A stretch of 64,000 bases of DNA from Ascidiella aspersa (GCA_963924565.1 OZ004609.1:15376001-15440000), one strand, 5' to 3'. Positions 37,301 through 52,300 are shown, numbered from the stretch's first letter. Translations and numbers: made by a program. Notes: a model not told the origin generated them from the letters alone.

Positions 37301-40300
37301 ATGGAGCCCAAGGGGGCTCTAGTGTAAAAAAGACTGGGAAACACTGACCTAGACCATACTGGGGTTTTGGACTATTGACTGATCTACACTGGCTCAGTGT
37401 GAGATGATGGAGAAACAACCATACAACTGTTTTTTTGCTGCATCGTGTTCATACACACAACGATATACCATAATCAGGCTACATAGCTTATTATGCAGAG
37501 TGACCGGGGTATGACAAATGTTATTGGATCAAACCTCATCCCAGGCGAGATTTTTCCTACCTTGCATTGCTTGCACTACAATCCTAATCAAACTTATTTC
37601 GTAAAAAGGCTTTTCCAAGACAAACAGTATATTATATACCATAATATGTGGTTACTACTACTTTAATAGGGTTATATCACAATATTATATAACCATTGTG
37701 GGGTAACCTAGTTGCTTGATTGGCCTGTTCATCCCCATAATATGAAGTTCTACAGCAGAATTAGTTCTTTGGTCTTTCTTGACCAGCTCCCACTAAGCCT
37801 GTATAGCTTAGTTCGTAGCGCAGTTGTCTAGTATGTCTGAGCTCATAAGTGCAAACCTCACTGCAGGCTAGATTTTTTCTAGCCTCATCTTGCTGGCACT
37901 AGAATCGTGATTAGGCCAACAAATTTCAGTAATAGCCTTTCCGAATGCGCCCAGTGGCCAGTATATTAGCACAAGTATATATACCGTAATCGTTGGTCAG
38001 TATTACTACTTCAACATGGCTAGATCACAGTATATACCCATGTCTTTTCAAGGACTAGAGTCCTTTATTACTTTTTTTGTCTCAATTAAAGGCTCACATC
38101 GAGACTATATTTGACTGCAAGTTCAAGCCTGACAATCCTAAACAACTGGCCACCGCTTCTTTTGACGGAACTGTCAAACTATGGTCAGTAGATGACCTTT
38201 TGACTATCCAATCGACCACTGGAAATGAGGGCGTTATATATTCAATATCATGGGCTCCAGGTGCACCTTGTTCCTGTGTCAAACAATACATGATTTGTTT
38301 TTTTAAGATTTCTCTGTACTTTTTGTTAAATGTTGGTTTACCTCATATTCAAGATTATACAAAGTGTAACAAAAAAGTCAACTGATCTAAATTTATTAGT
38401 CCAAGTTATGAACTCACCATAGGCAATAAAGTGCTATAAATCACCTACAATTTGCAATTTAGTGCAGGCACTTGGCCAAATATGGTGAATGGTTAATACA
38501 TTACATAGAATGATTTCATTATAACCTCACACGTTGTAATGTAAATTAAATTACTACAATGGGGCTGGGGGGGTCCGTTTGTTGACCGTTTAATTTTATA
38601 TCACACAAAAGACTGGTACAATTAATTTATCAAGCAGCCTAATACTTCGCTGAGGAAATGTTTAAAGCTGTGAATGCTTTTCAAAAAAATTATGCAATTT
38701 AAGTGCATGCCATCAGGACAAAAGATAGAAGCATGTTTGAGTTGGAAACACCTTGGCCACGATTTTTGCAACTATTATGCATATATCCAGACCAAAGGTT
38801 TATAAACTTTTTGCCATGACCCTTGTTTTTATTTAAACCCGTGACTAATCTGTTTAAATGTTTTTCCAAAGTCACACATATGTGTAGCTGGCCTCCATGT
38901 ATTATTTGAGTTCTCAAGTGTAGTTGCAGTAAAATGTTTTTATAATGTTATGTCTGAAAAATAGCCCCTAAACAAAATCACAGAGCAGCCATTGACACCC
39001 CAGTGAGTTTGAATTTAATGAATGATAAATCATACATTTTGTTATAATCTTTACAGTTTATTTAGATGTACCGTGACATTTTGTAATTTAACAAGCTATA
39101 TAATATTTAAAATATAAATATTTAAGAAAAGTGGGTGTTTGCAGATACAATGTTTTGTGTGTTGAACAGTTTGTCTTTGTAGCTACCAATGACATTGTAA
39201 TGTTTAAGAGTCCATTAGACAGTTTCTGTCTAAATAGAAGACTGTATAACATTTTATTAGATAATGCTTGCTCAATGCAATCTATGTTTACACAGCTGAT
39301 CTCAACTGTTTAGCCTGTGGAACTAGAAAACGTGGAATATTTGTGTGGGATCTCAATAAGTCAAAAATTATTCGCCGATTCAAAGAAGTAAGTCAATCAT
39401 AAAGTAGTACTAAACTGTTTTTTTTTAAAGCATTTGCTTTCCCCCAACGAGTTACTTAGTTTAATGCTATACCCTCTGTTCTTTTAAGAAAGATACTTTA
39501 TTTTCACATTAACTTCACAATATTTATGCTGTATTTTGTAGTCCAAAAGTTTCAACAATCTTTTTTTGCGGTACATATTTCCATGAAAATACTGTCAACA
39601 TATATTCTTTTTAAAACCAGTATTTACTATGATTATATTGATCAAATCTGCAATTTTATTAAAATTGGCACGTTTTCCATCGCAGCATGGATTCAAAGCA
39701 GTGTATTGCGTAGCGTGGAACCAGAGGGACTCTCATCGACTTGCATCCTGTTCTGAGGATGGACTGTGGTGCGTACTAAAATGCATAAATTAGCTTGCTA
39801 AAATTGTTTAGCCAAAAAATGCAAACACAATACAGACTTACTTGAATGTCGCAATATTCTTTTTACAACCGCATTAAGGTCACTGCGTGGCGTAGTAATT
39901 CATAAGTACAACATAAGTAATCCTAATAGATTAATAATAATATGTACGTTGGCAATATAAACTTCTTTCTAATCTCATCATACGTTATCAGTAGGGCGAT
40001 TATTTTTTTACTTTAAAAATGAGAAATTTTCACCTAAAAAAAAAATTTTTGACAAAATTTTGACCCATTAGGAATACCTTCAATTAAACAACGCATTGTT
40101 TTATAAAGTAGGCTACTAGTGTTCGGACGTTGGCAGTCATATGTTTTTGATGTCTTACAAACGACCGGTGGAACACAATTCGCTTGTTTTTTTCAGGATT
40201 ATGCAAAACTTGAAAATGCTTAGTTAATATTTGTGGCATATAAAAAGGCGAAAGAAAAACAAGACGCAGGTTATTTTAGAAAAGTGTTAAGGAAACAGTT

Positions 40301-43300
40301 TGGTTGAAATACAAGATAAAAATAATTGCGAAAAATTAAAGACCTATAGCATATTTATCGTAATAGGAAATAATTACAAATTACCACCGAAAATAATATA
40401 AAAAATACTAATTTCGACGAAATTAGAGATACGTATCTATCTGAAGCAGAAACGTTTTCTTAAAGCTAAAGCTATTCCGATAAACCAGACCTGCGTGGTT
40501 AATTCTGGCGACTCGCGTATATCATTATATTTCTCTAATGAGGATATATTACACTTAAAGTGCTGTTGGGTGTATTTCAAAACTAAATTTGATAAAATCG
40601 TAAACTGAACGACAAATAGTTCACTACAGTTATTGCTATTTTGGAAACGACTTTGACTTGCGTATATATTTTGACAAAATTTAATTTTTTTTGACAAGGC
40701 AAAATTCGCCCTGCTTATCAGTTTTAGGCTTGTTTTACAAGTGGTTAAGCGATAAACTTTAGTATAAGATTATGTGTTAAAGAATGGTAGATTCTTGTCA
40801 AATTAACGAGCACAAAATACATATTACATTTTGGAGAGACACAAACTGCAAGGAGATTTAAATAATTTAATTGTGAGGAGATACTAGCACGATCATGTTA
40901 CACAACGATGTTAAACAAGATAAACAATCCCTCATTTCGTAAAAATGTTTTGCAGTAACCTTTGACGTTATAAGGCCGGGAACCACTTGTTTAGTTCTTA
41001 ACCAAAATTTGAAACCCGTATTTAGATAACGACTCTAAAACACGCAAACAAGAGGCGACATAATCAGTTAATTTTCATGAATGGTGAAATATTCATACTT
41101 AAATGCAGAAAACATTCTTGCCGTTTTACAAAAAAAGCAATGGGCAAAGATAACGATGTAGTTAATATAATTGTGAGGCGATGTTGGCACGATCAAACCA
41201 CACGACGATGTCAAACAAAAATAAAAACATGTCGAATATCATGACTATCCCCAGCTGCACAAACCGTAAGCAACAAAGATTGTAGAAATGGTTTGAGTCA
41301 ACAGGATGAATAATGAGCTGACATGAAGTCTAGTGGCGCCATTCTCCCCGTTGTTACGGTGTGCTCCTGTGACTGTCGATGAGTATGCCAAGGTATTGGA
41401 AGATTTCGGGTTGGTGCTGCTAACACCAGTCGGGCGTGGTGTGAATCTGCTGACCTGGTGTGAAACCCAGTTCTGGGTTGTCGTTTGTATGAAAGAAGTT
41501 AATGGTTCTTGTGTCGCCACTGCAGAAGTTTCGTTTACCATGCTTTCAACTGCTGTATTTGGTGCTGTCGATTGCAAAATGATTGACCGACTTGTGTCTG
41601 GCAAGCCAGTGGTCCTGTTTGTTACACTATTGGTGCTGGTTGCTATAGCCACTGTGGATTCTTTATTTGTGTTGTTAAACGCCGGTTCTGTGATTGTGCT
41701 GGTTATTATTTTTGAGGTTGATGGTTCTGATGTAGTGTATAAAGAATTGTTCTCTGTCGTTTCAGTTGTAGCCATAACAATGGGATCCCTAATTGTCGTG
41801 TCCTCGGTGGTACGATCGGTGGTTGTTTTTTCTTTCTCCATCAATTTGGTAGATGATATTGATAGGTTTTGACGTCTTGTCGTCAAAGCTTTAGTCATTG
41901 TGGTGGTTGACATAGTGTTCGATACTGTTGTATTCAACGCTTGTGGACTTGTAGGTGATTTTGTGGTATCCTGATCAACCATTGCATCGGTTTCGTTGTC
42001 AAACACTTCAAAGCCTGGGACCGCAGTCGTGGTTTCACTCTCTGTGTCAAATGCATTTCGTTTAACTTTATTTTTGTAACGAGTATATAAAGTATTTTTT
42101 ATCTTAGCGCAAATATTCGTTTCAGTTTTACAAGGCAGGACAGAAGGTAAAAAAACATTAGTTAAATTTTGTGTTTTATTTTTAATTAAATAATTGTTGT
42201 TTATTTTTTAGCTGTAATATTTGTATATACAAATTGGTGTGTTTTCTAATCATGGGATGTCGTATAGATTTTATTTATAAAGTGTATAACTAATGCGTTA
42301 AGTATCACCATACAATTACTTGGGATCTTACCACCATCCGTTGGACAGTTCAGCTCATCATCGCCGTTGTTGCAGTCCTTTTCACCGTCACATATCCAGA
42401 ACATAGGTATGCAGTTTCCCGCCGAACATGCGACGTATTCGGGAGGGCATCCTTCGGCAACTGATATACAATTTAAAATGGTTACAAACTTTTGGTTATA
42501 TATTGTTTTATAGATAAGCAAGTTTGTTGTTTTATAGATAATCAAGTATAAGTATCAAATCTGCGTTTTAAAACTGTTTTTGCTTACTTGATGATTGAGA
42601 AATATCGGAAGTATTTGGCCGAGATGTTATTTCGCCAGCCGATGCATCCATCGTGATCGTTACATCTTTGTTTGGTGACGTAGTTACAGCGCTTGTTCCA
42701 ATTTTCACAGGAGTTGTAATGACAGGAGGCGACAGGTTATCGTCCGCTATGGATAAAATTATATTTGAGTACGCTGTGTGCCATTTATTCAACCTTCCCA
42801 CTATAAACATTTTAATGCTTACGACAGTTAAGTTCATCGTCATTGTCCGGACAGTCTTGAACTCCGTCACAAAGATAAAATCCAGGTATGCAACCCACAC
42901 CGGAAATACACGCGTACTCGAAAACAGTGCAATCTACAATTTTATGAAAATGAAGTATGGTATTGGGTGATTTTACAAACATGCTGAATAAAAACACGGC
43001 GTTTTTCTGACTAAAAATAAATATATATATATAAAGATATATTCTAAAAAAGATTAGCATACATATATCGAAAAAAATGTTTTTAATACTGCGGCTTACT
43101 CTGTGGAGGAGGTGTGAACCCTAAAGCTTTGGAAGTCTCCGTTGCAGCTACTTCGTTGTCGTCTGTCGTAGGCATACCTAAGCACGATCACAAACATACA
43201 ATTACGTACGTCGGATCGAAGAATTTCAAGTGATAAAATCATAGTTATAATAATATCGACTTCGAAGCACATTCCATTAAAATTGCTGGTTGCATGGGTT

Positions 43301-46300
43301 GTGTAATAAATCTCGGTCGTTTTGTATTGCATTAGCGCTTTGGGTATTAAGTGCTTGTTACTTACACTTTACCTTTACCCGTAATTTAAATATCATGCCG
43401 ATCCATAAGAAACAAATCATTATTATTGAGCCAAAAATAAAACAGAAAACACTACCTTGTGTTGTTGTTGTTGTTGTTGTTGTTGCCTCGCAGGCTGAGC
43501 GCCGCAAAGTAACGTCATCGATTGCGATGTCCCCTTGGTGGCCATTGCCACGAATACCCACAAAAATGATCTAAATTGACATTTTGGTGATTGTCAGCAC
43601 AATTCGTTTTAGATTAATACGTCGTATAAGTTAAACACTTTTTATTTATACCTGTGTTGGTGTGTCGCTGTATGGGATAGTAAGATTTCCTTTTTTCCAT
43701 GTAAGTGCTTGCTGTCCTGTCCTGAACCAACTGATAGTACTTGTCAAATTGTTTGAGATCTCTACTTGAAGGGTGCCGATGTGTGGACCGTACATGTGAT
43801 ACCTACACATAACAATAATAACTGCAGGTGTTCCTTTTTTATAGGCAATAATTACTTTTGGTTCGAGTTATTCTGTTTATTCGTAATTTGTGCCAGTTTG
43901 TAAAATGCTTTATTTAGTTGTGTTGGAATTAAACCAAACAGGTTAGTTGCTGTATTAGAATACGAATATTTTTAAACATTTACCAAAAGTTAAGACACAT
44001 TTCCGATTGAGCGTTATTGAAGTTGATCGTGGGCATAGACAGCATGGCAATATCACCCATTCGTTGAGGTAAGGACGATTCTACATATACGTACTGACCA
44101 TCTGCGAATACAAAAGATAGATAGATAAGTACGATTATATTTTTGAAAAAAATACCAGACGAAATCGAAAATTGGCAAAACTTTTCTCAGGGGTCATGGA
44201 ACAACTAATTTAATCAAGTCTTTTGTTTAGATTCAATTCAAGAAAATATATATACATATCGAACAAACTCAAAAATTGAAACTATTTTACAAGGTTGCAG
44301 TCGCAATAAAAATAATAAAAATAAAATATCAAAAAATACAAACACCAAGACATCAATTAAAAATCTTAATTTTGAATTACGGACAACACACAACAATGCT
44401 TTGGTTTTTGTTAAAAAGCATGTGACATTTTACCCAAAGTTGTGACGCTTAATTGCGCACGTATTCGCTGTTTTAACCTAGATTTGATTTGATCAGATCT
44501 TTTGTCTAATTGGTTTTAATCAAATATTGGTAGTGCTTGAAGTTTTTTTGTTTGTTAACAAATTTGAAATGTTGCTTTACTTACTCATAGTCACTTCTAG
44601 AAATTTATACGCTATATTTTGTTTTACTTAAATAGACATTTTTTTGCTTGAAAACTTTAGTAGTAAACAGTAAATGTAGTTAATTACTCACTGGCACCCA
44701 TTCGTGTTTTGTCGAACGAGGGTCCAGTGAGTGACGTCCTGGTGTTTCCCCTGTTGAGCTCCCAGTCGAAGTCGTCGGATGGCGAAGGCAAGTTTTTCCA
44801 ACCAGCACACAAACCTTGCTCAAAGTTGCAGTCATGTTGATCTGTTAAAATAAATGTGCAATTTGATTTAGATTTCTAACAGGTGTTATACGCTTTGCTA
44901 GTCAGTGGTCGCAATTTAATTATTTCACTTTTTAAACACGTTTTATCGCACAATACCTTCTGGAGGAGCAACCACTTTCCATTTTATAGTGAATCCTGAT
45001 TCCTCGGTATCTTCGTCCGAGTAAAAGTGAACAATCACTGAATTTGTCTTGCTTTGAACGCCGCTAAAGCTCTCGTCTCCACAGAAACGCGTTCTTCCCA
45101 GAAACTCACTTATTTGCGAATCGTCATTGACGTCATTCACGATATCACCACTCGGTCTGGCGTCGTAAATAATAAAACCGTCGTATGGGCAAGCTGGTGA
45201 CTGAGGCTCGATGCTCACTTTTTCGATAAGAAACTGTTATAAACAAGGTGAACTTAAGTATTTAGTATTTTTAGTTTTTATGTATGCTGTTGACGATCGT
45301 AAAAAACTGAAAGCGTGTTCTATAGATATATCGTGCACAACTTTAGGGGCAGTTAAAACAAAATTTAGACGTTAGGTTTAAGTGTAATTATCTTACCTTA
45401 ATTTGCATTCTATCCGGAGCGGAGATTTGCCATCTACAGGAGGCCATTGAAGGATATTTGCCCTGCGGGGTTTTCGGACTGACAATGAGGCCTGAATCAC
45501 CTGTTAGTTGGCCCCCACATTGATCTGAAAGTAATAATGGTTTATATGGCTTAAATGCATACTTTCAAATTTGTTATTTTCGTGTTTTTTGTTTTTAATT
45601 TCGTTTGTATTGAGTGTATAGTATATGAATGGCGATTGTTGAATTTAATCAATCTATGTTGTTGTTGAGGCATTAACATGTGATCGTTAAGGTAGCAGGT
45701 TTTGCTGTATACATTGATACAAGTGCAAGGTTACAAATCGTAATCTTTTCTGGTTAGCTGAAATCCATTTTCGTATTTTCTAAAAGGTGCTTTCTGTAGT
45801 TTGGCGCCTAAACATTACAGCTGGTTCGTTTTTGTCAGATTGTTAGCAATAAAATAGGTAAACCAATTCCTCGGATACTGTTTTATATTTGAAAAAAATT
45901 AAGTAAAAACAGCAATTCCTGTAGACAAAAATCGTTCTTCTGGTATAAAGGAGTTATAAACCAAGTCCAGTTGGGCTCATCAGTAGCTTACTAGGAAATA
46001 TTTCACCCGCACTTCTATGATTGCACCTTCGTTTGGTCGCACACCTTCTAAACTAAGAGCGGCCGACTCCGATTTCTATCGATCCTCTAAAGTGCGCTGT
46101 GGCATGTCAAACAACAGTGACCTATTTATTCAATAAACGATCCGTTTGCTAAATTCCTGCTAACAGCTCAAACGTATTTGTAGCTAAATATTATCCGGCT
46201 TGTTTTTTCTCCGCCCATCTAATATTTAACGATTTAATAAATATAGTAATACTATAAGGTTGAAATGTTTGTTGAAATTACCGTCACTAGTCAGTTATTT

Positions 46301-49300
46301 AGATTAGTTATTTATTTACCTCAATCAGAACTGTGATTGTACTGTGTCTTACCTTTAGTCTCTAAAAGGATCTGTCCAAATACCAATTCGAAAAAGACTG
46401 CGAAACACAGCAATCTGTTCATTTTTCTATCCTGGTTCACAGGTTATCTTTATAAAAAGTTTTAGCTTAAAATATCGGACGTCAATCTACAAATAGAATA
46501 TAACCTCTAGATCAAATTTCTGTAAAGTTTAAAAAAAATATACATATTTTTCTTTTACTTCTTCCTGCTTCTATTCAGTAAATTTTAACGTCATACTCCC
46601 TTGGCGCTTTATTCTCATAAGTTGTTTTAGCAGCGTGATGCTACATGTGAAAAGTAAAGCGTGCCTTTTCAAAGAATCTTCTTTATGATGATGAAGCGCG
46701 CAACCACCTGGAAGTATAACGTCTTGTCGACACGTCACCATCCGCACGACGGGCCTTATAATTGGCAGTCATGAACAGGCAGTGTTAGGCGTGACGTTCA
46801 TCTGCTGACAACGGCTTGGCTAATTCTCCGTTTAAAATTGTTTTCTTGTTGGACGAGGTATTAGACATTCAACTAACATCTTTGGTAATCGTACTTAAAC
46901 ATAAAGTGATGAAATATCTCTCTTTTCCTAAAATGTTTTAACCCCCAAGGTAGCGTTACCGTTATGACGTTATTAGTTAATCCATAATTTGAATCGTGAA
47001 AACATAATGATACACAAAAAAGTGTATTGTTTTAGTCTGTCGTATTTATAAAAACAAATTTATTTTTAGAAATAATAAATTAATAGGCAAACACATCGGG
47101 CTTGCTTTAGTTTCAGATACGATTTGGATTACCGCCATCGGCTTGTAAGCTAATCCAAGCTGGTTATTAAGTGTTATTATTGTTACTATACACGTCAGTT
47201 TAGCGGATGTGGACAATACATGCCCAAAATTACACTGAATTGGTCATTTAAAAACTTGGTAACATTTTCACACAATAATTTTAAACGAATTTTTTGCGAC
47301 ATACAAATTTGTAAATTGAATCGGTATATTATGAACAGGGATTGGCAACTTATTTGCGGCGCCAACGATAAAGATTACGGATTTACCTTTCGAAACAAAA
47401 ACCAAGGTCGTCCTGCTAAGTTATTAGTCTATTTATAAACATGGTCAAAATAACTGGTTAGTTTCCTGAAGATCATGTTATGGTATTGTTACCCCCAAAT
47501 AGTTATAAATCAATAATAATTAACTGAAATTCTGTTTAAAATTTACGCACTATGCTCTTGCGCTAACTGTTTTAGCACTGCCATTCTTGTAGCATGTAAA
47601 ATATGAACTAGTTTTCCTAGCTACGCCACGAAACAAGTAATTCTGATCTCGTAACACCGGCACATCCACTAATTATTGAAGGTTGGGTCTCAACGCATTT
47701 TTTCTTGCCGCTACAAAACCTATATTTAAAAAGTGCCGCTTTCAAAGCTATTTAACTATTGCTTTGTCCTTTGACAGCCTGCGGTCAAACCGCCTTTTGT
47801 TTTTACAATGGCTATTGCACGTTATCCTTCAACCGACAATTAAAATGTTTTCGGCGGTTTGACTGAAGAATCTTGCCACAAGAAGCGTGAAAACAGTTTA
47901 ATGGGCAGCTTTAGCCTTTGGTGGCTTTATGTTGCAGGAAAAGCGGTTTGACTGAAGAATCTTGCCACAAGAAGCGTGAAAACAGTTTAATGGGCAGCTT
48001 TAGCCTTTGGTGGCTTTATGTTGCAGGAAAAGCGAGTATCAGCATGAAACTACATTTTCTCCTTATGTTGTCATATTTTTATTCACTAACATAAACATTT
48101 GTGGTTGTTTATTACAAAATTCTATAATCGTGCTTTTGTTACACGAGTATATGTTTCAATCTTCTAACGAAATAAGTTAAACAAAAATATTTATGAACGA
48201 TAATTATGAATTGCAAAGCCTAAAAGGTCGAGTAGATCGATATCATCTTGATTAAGCCGTTTGGATACCAGCTTGTATCATATTTAGTTAATGGATTTGA
48301 AATTCATTATTAAGCTACAATAGAGATTATGAAGCTTATTGAAGAAAGTATACGTGATATTTAAGTTAAAAGGAAAGAAAACTATTTAAGGTACACAGAA
48401 ACAAGCGATTTATTGATCAGCACTAGATATAAATTTCGCTTTATGGTTCGCTGTACACCATCTTTGTTTAAGCTGATTACGCATTTTTGCTAACATTAAT
48501 GCAACGCCCAAACTTTCTAACTAAAACATTTTTTTAAACTACTTGCAGTGCGATAGAAAAAAAGGTCTTTCTAACGCTGCAAGTGACCACTTCTAAATGT
48601 TATTGGTATAGTAGGAAGATGAGGTCAAAGTCATTCGTAAAGCTTGCAAATCTTTTAAAGCGAGCTTACTCCCAATACACAAGCTGCTTGAGCCAAATGC
48701 AAACCTAATACTTGCATAATGTATGAGAAAAGCAAATTGTTGCATTTAGGGCAAATGTTTTTGTGAGTATAGTTTATGCTTGTATCAAGCTTTGTATTTG
48801 CAATATAGGTGAGCAAACTAATGATTTCATTGCCTCGTGAAAATTCACTGATCTACAAATAAAAGAGTTTCTTTTTTGTGCCAAAAAACTATGTCCGTAT
48901 TTGAAAATAAATGCGCAAGTGTATCTCACAATACTTAAAATTTAAGAATATGTGGGTAATATTGACGGCAACCCATTAAAACATTTATTAGATTGGCAGA
49001 AATTGAATGCTTTATCATTGTAGAACATGTTTGTTCGATTTATGTGATTCCATTTTTGCGTTTGTTTATGTTTTTAACATTGATTGCACATTTAGTATCG
49101 TACGTCGATTAGATGGCGAAGAGTTAAAGAGATACGAACACCCGGAACCTGCCTTCGGGTGTGATTGGAGCATTGTTGATAAGTAAGTCGTACATTAATT
49201 GTTTTTTGCATTTTTTTAGTTGTTTTAAGAGCTTAGGTTTGCGTTGCATGGTTCGCTTGTTGTAATGCGCCATTGGAGTTATTGTGTCTACACTATCAGG

Positions 49301-52300
49301 GATATTCTAGCCACTGCATGTAGCGATGGCATTGTTCGAGTGTGGAACTTTGTGTCAACATCGTCAACACCGTACCGATCTCTCACTGGTCATACAGCCA
49401 AAGTGTTTCACGTTCGTTGGCATCCACTTATTCGAAACATACTTGCCAGTGGATCTGATGACACGTAAGGATTGTACAATGTTAAAATTTCTTATTTGAA
49501 TAAAATAATCATTAAATCGATTTAGGGTTGGGAATGTCTTGTTCGGATGGCGTTATGCCTATTCGGCTTCTAAAGAGTGTTTTTTACTCTAAATTAGGGG
49601 TTCTTAAACTTTTTTTACCGCGGACCTCTAAAATTTTTTTTAGCCTCGCGTGGACCACGGTAGACAAAAAAAATTAAAAAATTATGTCATAAATTGACGT
49701 CACAATCATATAGACTTCATAAATTTGCGGATTTCGATCCCAAAAAAAAGTGAAACGGAGTTTAAATATACATTCAGTGCAAAACCGTTTTATTTTTAAT
49801 TAAACTGTTTTCTTTGATAAATTGATTACTTCTTAAATGTACACCAACTTTCTTAAATGTACACACCACTAATTTCAATTAGGCCTTCACGGACCCCCTT
49901 AAACTTGTTCACGGACCCCAGTTTAAGAACCACTGCTCTAAATCTAAACTTCAATATCACTCAATGCAACAAAGATAAGCAAGTAAATTGTTTTCACGTT
50001 GTTAAACCTAGACAGTCGTGGCACCTCCGTTTTTAGAATGCATTTTATCTTATTATCATAAATAGTCTGTAAGATAAAAAAAAATAATATACAAGTGTTG
50101 GTGTTTTGCCCTTTACGGATATATGTCGGTAATGCGCATTCTTTAATTATACTTATTTGTAGTTCCGCAACCAGCAATAAGTAAAGGGACCTGGGAGGGA
50201 CCAGAATTTTTGTTTTAGGGGGCGGACGGGCGTATAATATTTTAGACATGAAGTCAAACCAGCAGGTGAAAAATAATGATCGAATTCTAAACCGGACAAA
50301 AACATTGTCTTGCGAAGTTAAAGGGCTGACATGCCGTCTCGTTGTATTAAAAAATATGATTAAATTGACCTAACACAAGTTATCTTCTTTACAGTGTGTT
50401 TGTGCAAGTTGCGCGCTCCTAAATGTGTATTCATTTAAATTGAAATGTGTAAAACTCGCATTTAATTTATTTTGGATAGTACCATCCGCGTGTGGGAGGT
50501 AGAGAGCTCGACGTGTCTTGCTGTGTTAGAAGGTCACGTGACTTGTGTGCGGGGGTTAGCGTGGAATTTTGAGCTAGCTCATTTGCTCATTTCCGGTTCA
50601 TGGGACAGCACCTTGCGATTGTGGGATGTCAGAGATGGAAAATGTATAGAAACGGTAGATGACCACGGAGCGGATATTTACGGTATTTTTAGAAAAAGTT
50701 TTTTTAAACCTTTTGAGACAAATAACTAGACTATAAAATATGTACTATTTTTAGGAGCAATTATGTTAGTTTTTATGAATATCTTCACGTATGCCAAAGG
50801 TCGTAAAAAATTTTCAGTCACACTCACATTGCCCAATTACCGGATACCACCGTTAGTAGCCCAGCGTTAAAAAACAAGGATTAATTTAGTTTAGTTCCAA
50901 AGATAATGGAGGGTTGAACGATTAATTAATGCAACATTTGTGGCTTCTGAATATAATGCAACATCGGATGGACATATTAAATTTGTGGCTTTAGCAAACT
51001 GTCACTGCAAAGCTACGTTGTTTGAAGACTAAGTCAATACCGGCATATTGAGTAATTAATAAATACCACAACCCAGCGGCTAAAGTTATTTTTCTCCCTA
51101 GGTGTCGCCACCCACCCAAATAATCCCTTTACAGTTGCAACCTCATCACGCGACTCAACTTTACGTCTTTGGTCACTGGAGGGTGTAACACAACGACTGT
51201 TTCTTCAAGTGTTGGCCGATTTTCCTTGTTCGGAAATAATAGCACCTCCTGGTATGTTTTTATATTTTCAATATTTTTTTGTTAGCATGTTACAACACTT
51301 AGGTTATGTTCTGATTAAAAAACCCTAACACGTACAAATCATAAACCTCACCAATTTAGATGAAACAATGAAGGCGGGATATCCCCTGAAGCTGTCTGGT
51401 AACATATCGCGACATATTTGTTCGATGTTACAGGCAAAGGCAAACAACGACTGCGTTAAACTCCGATGGTTTTCTGAATTATTTAGTGTGAGTTATTATT
51501 TTTTTAATAGAACAATTATGGAATTTTTTATTTGGTAAAAGCGGACGAAACATATGTTATTTACAGTCGACGCGTGGTTTAGAAAATTTATGGGATCTTG
51601 TTTGTGCTTGTCGAGGACAACGTGAGTCGACTTTATCCCAATCGTACAGGAAAGGAATTCTTCACACTAAACATCTCACAAAGTATAAGGCGGTAAGCGG
51701 TCTCGCCACAACTAGAAATCCGTGCATTGATTGAAAGACTAAAAGTTGTAATACCAGGAAACTAGAAATGTGTTGAGGTTAAGGAAACTCGCTATAAGGT
51801 AAAAAATTCGCGACTTACACAAACGATTCCAGTTGACATTCCAACTTTAAATCTAGTTTTTCTAAATTTCTTTGATAATCAGGTATTTCATCGAAAGCAT
51901 TAAATCGGAAATTTTACACTTTGTTTACACCGGTTTGATAAATAATGTTAAATGGAGTCTTCGTGGTCGAAATAATTCATAGAATTTCCCTTTTCTTACT
52001 GAACACACAACAAAATCTAAAAATTATTTTATAAATTTAACTAATCTTACCTTTTTGTGTCGTATACGTAAAATATTTATATCTAATTTACGGTCAACGA
52101 GTAAACCTTATTGATATCTAAATGTACGAGTTAACCATCTTTGTGACATGTAGTTAAAGAGCGATGTAAAAGTAGAAGCATCTGATTAATATTATTCTTT
52201 TTTAGGCCGAAGCGCAGGAATCTGAGCATGCATCATCTCAGATTAAATCTGGACTACGTCAGAAGAACAAGTTATTGTTGCGCGCAGCAGAAGTGCACCT

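Larger units (their letters stand above)
35030..37346. mobile_element. Outer hAT (Buster-type) MITE of a nested stack
   Basis: Ends CACAGGTTCCCAA / CTGGGAAACACTG; perfect TSD ACCTAGAC (35022-35029, 37347-37354). Confidence 0.85.

Noticed and set aside
41333-41872. 179-aa Val-rich, apparently multi-pass membrane ORF on the plus strand
   Set aside because: Antisense shadow of the Thr-rich (ACN) mucin exon.
45970-46012. Minus-strand GGGT-GAAA...CTGATGA-GCCC resembling a type-II hammerhead in nested-gene intron 1
   Set aside because: Stem III and the NUH/stem I junction cannot be formed without extra unpaired bases; likely chance.
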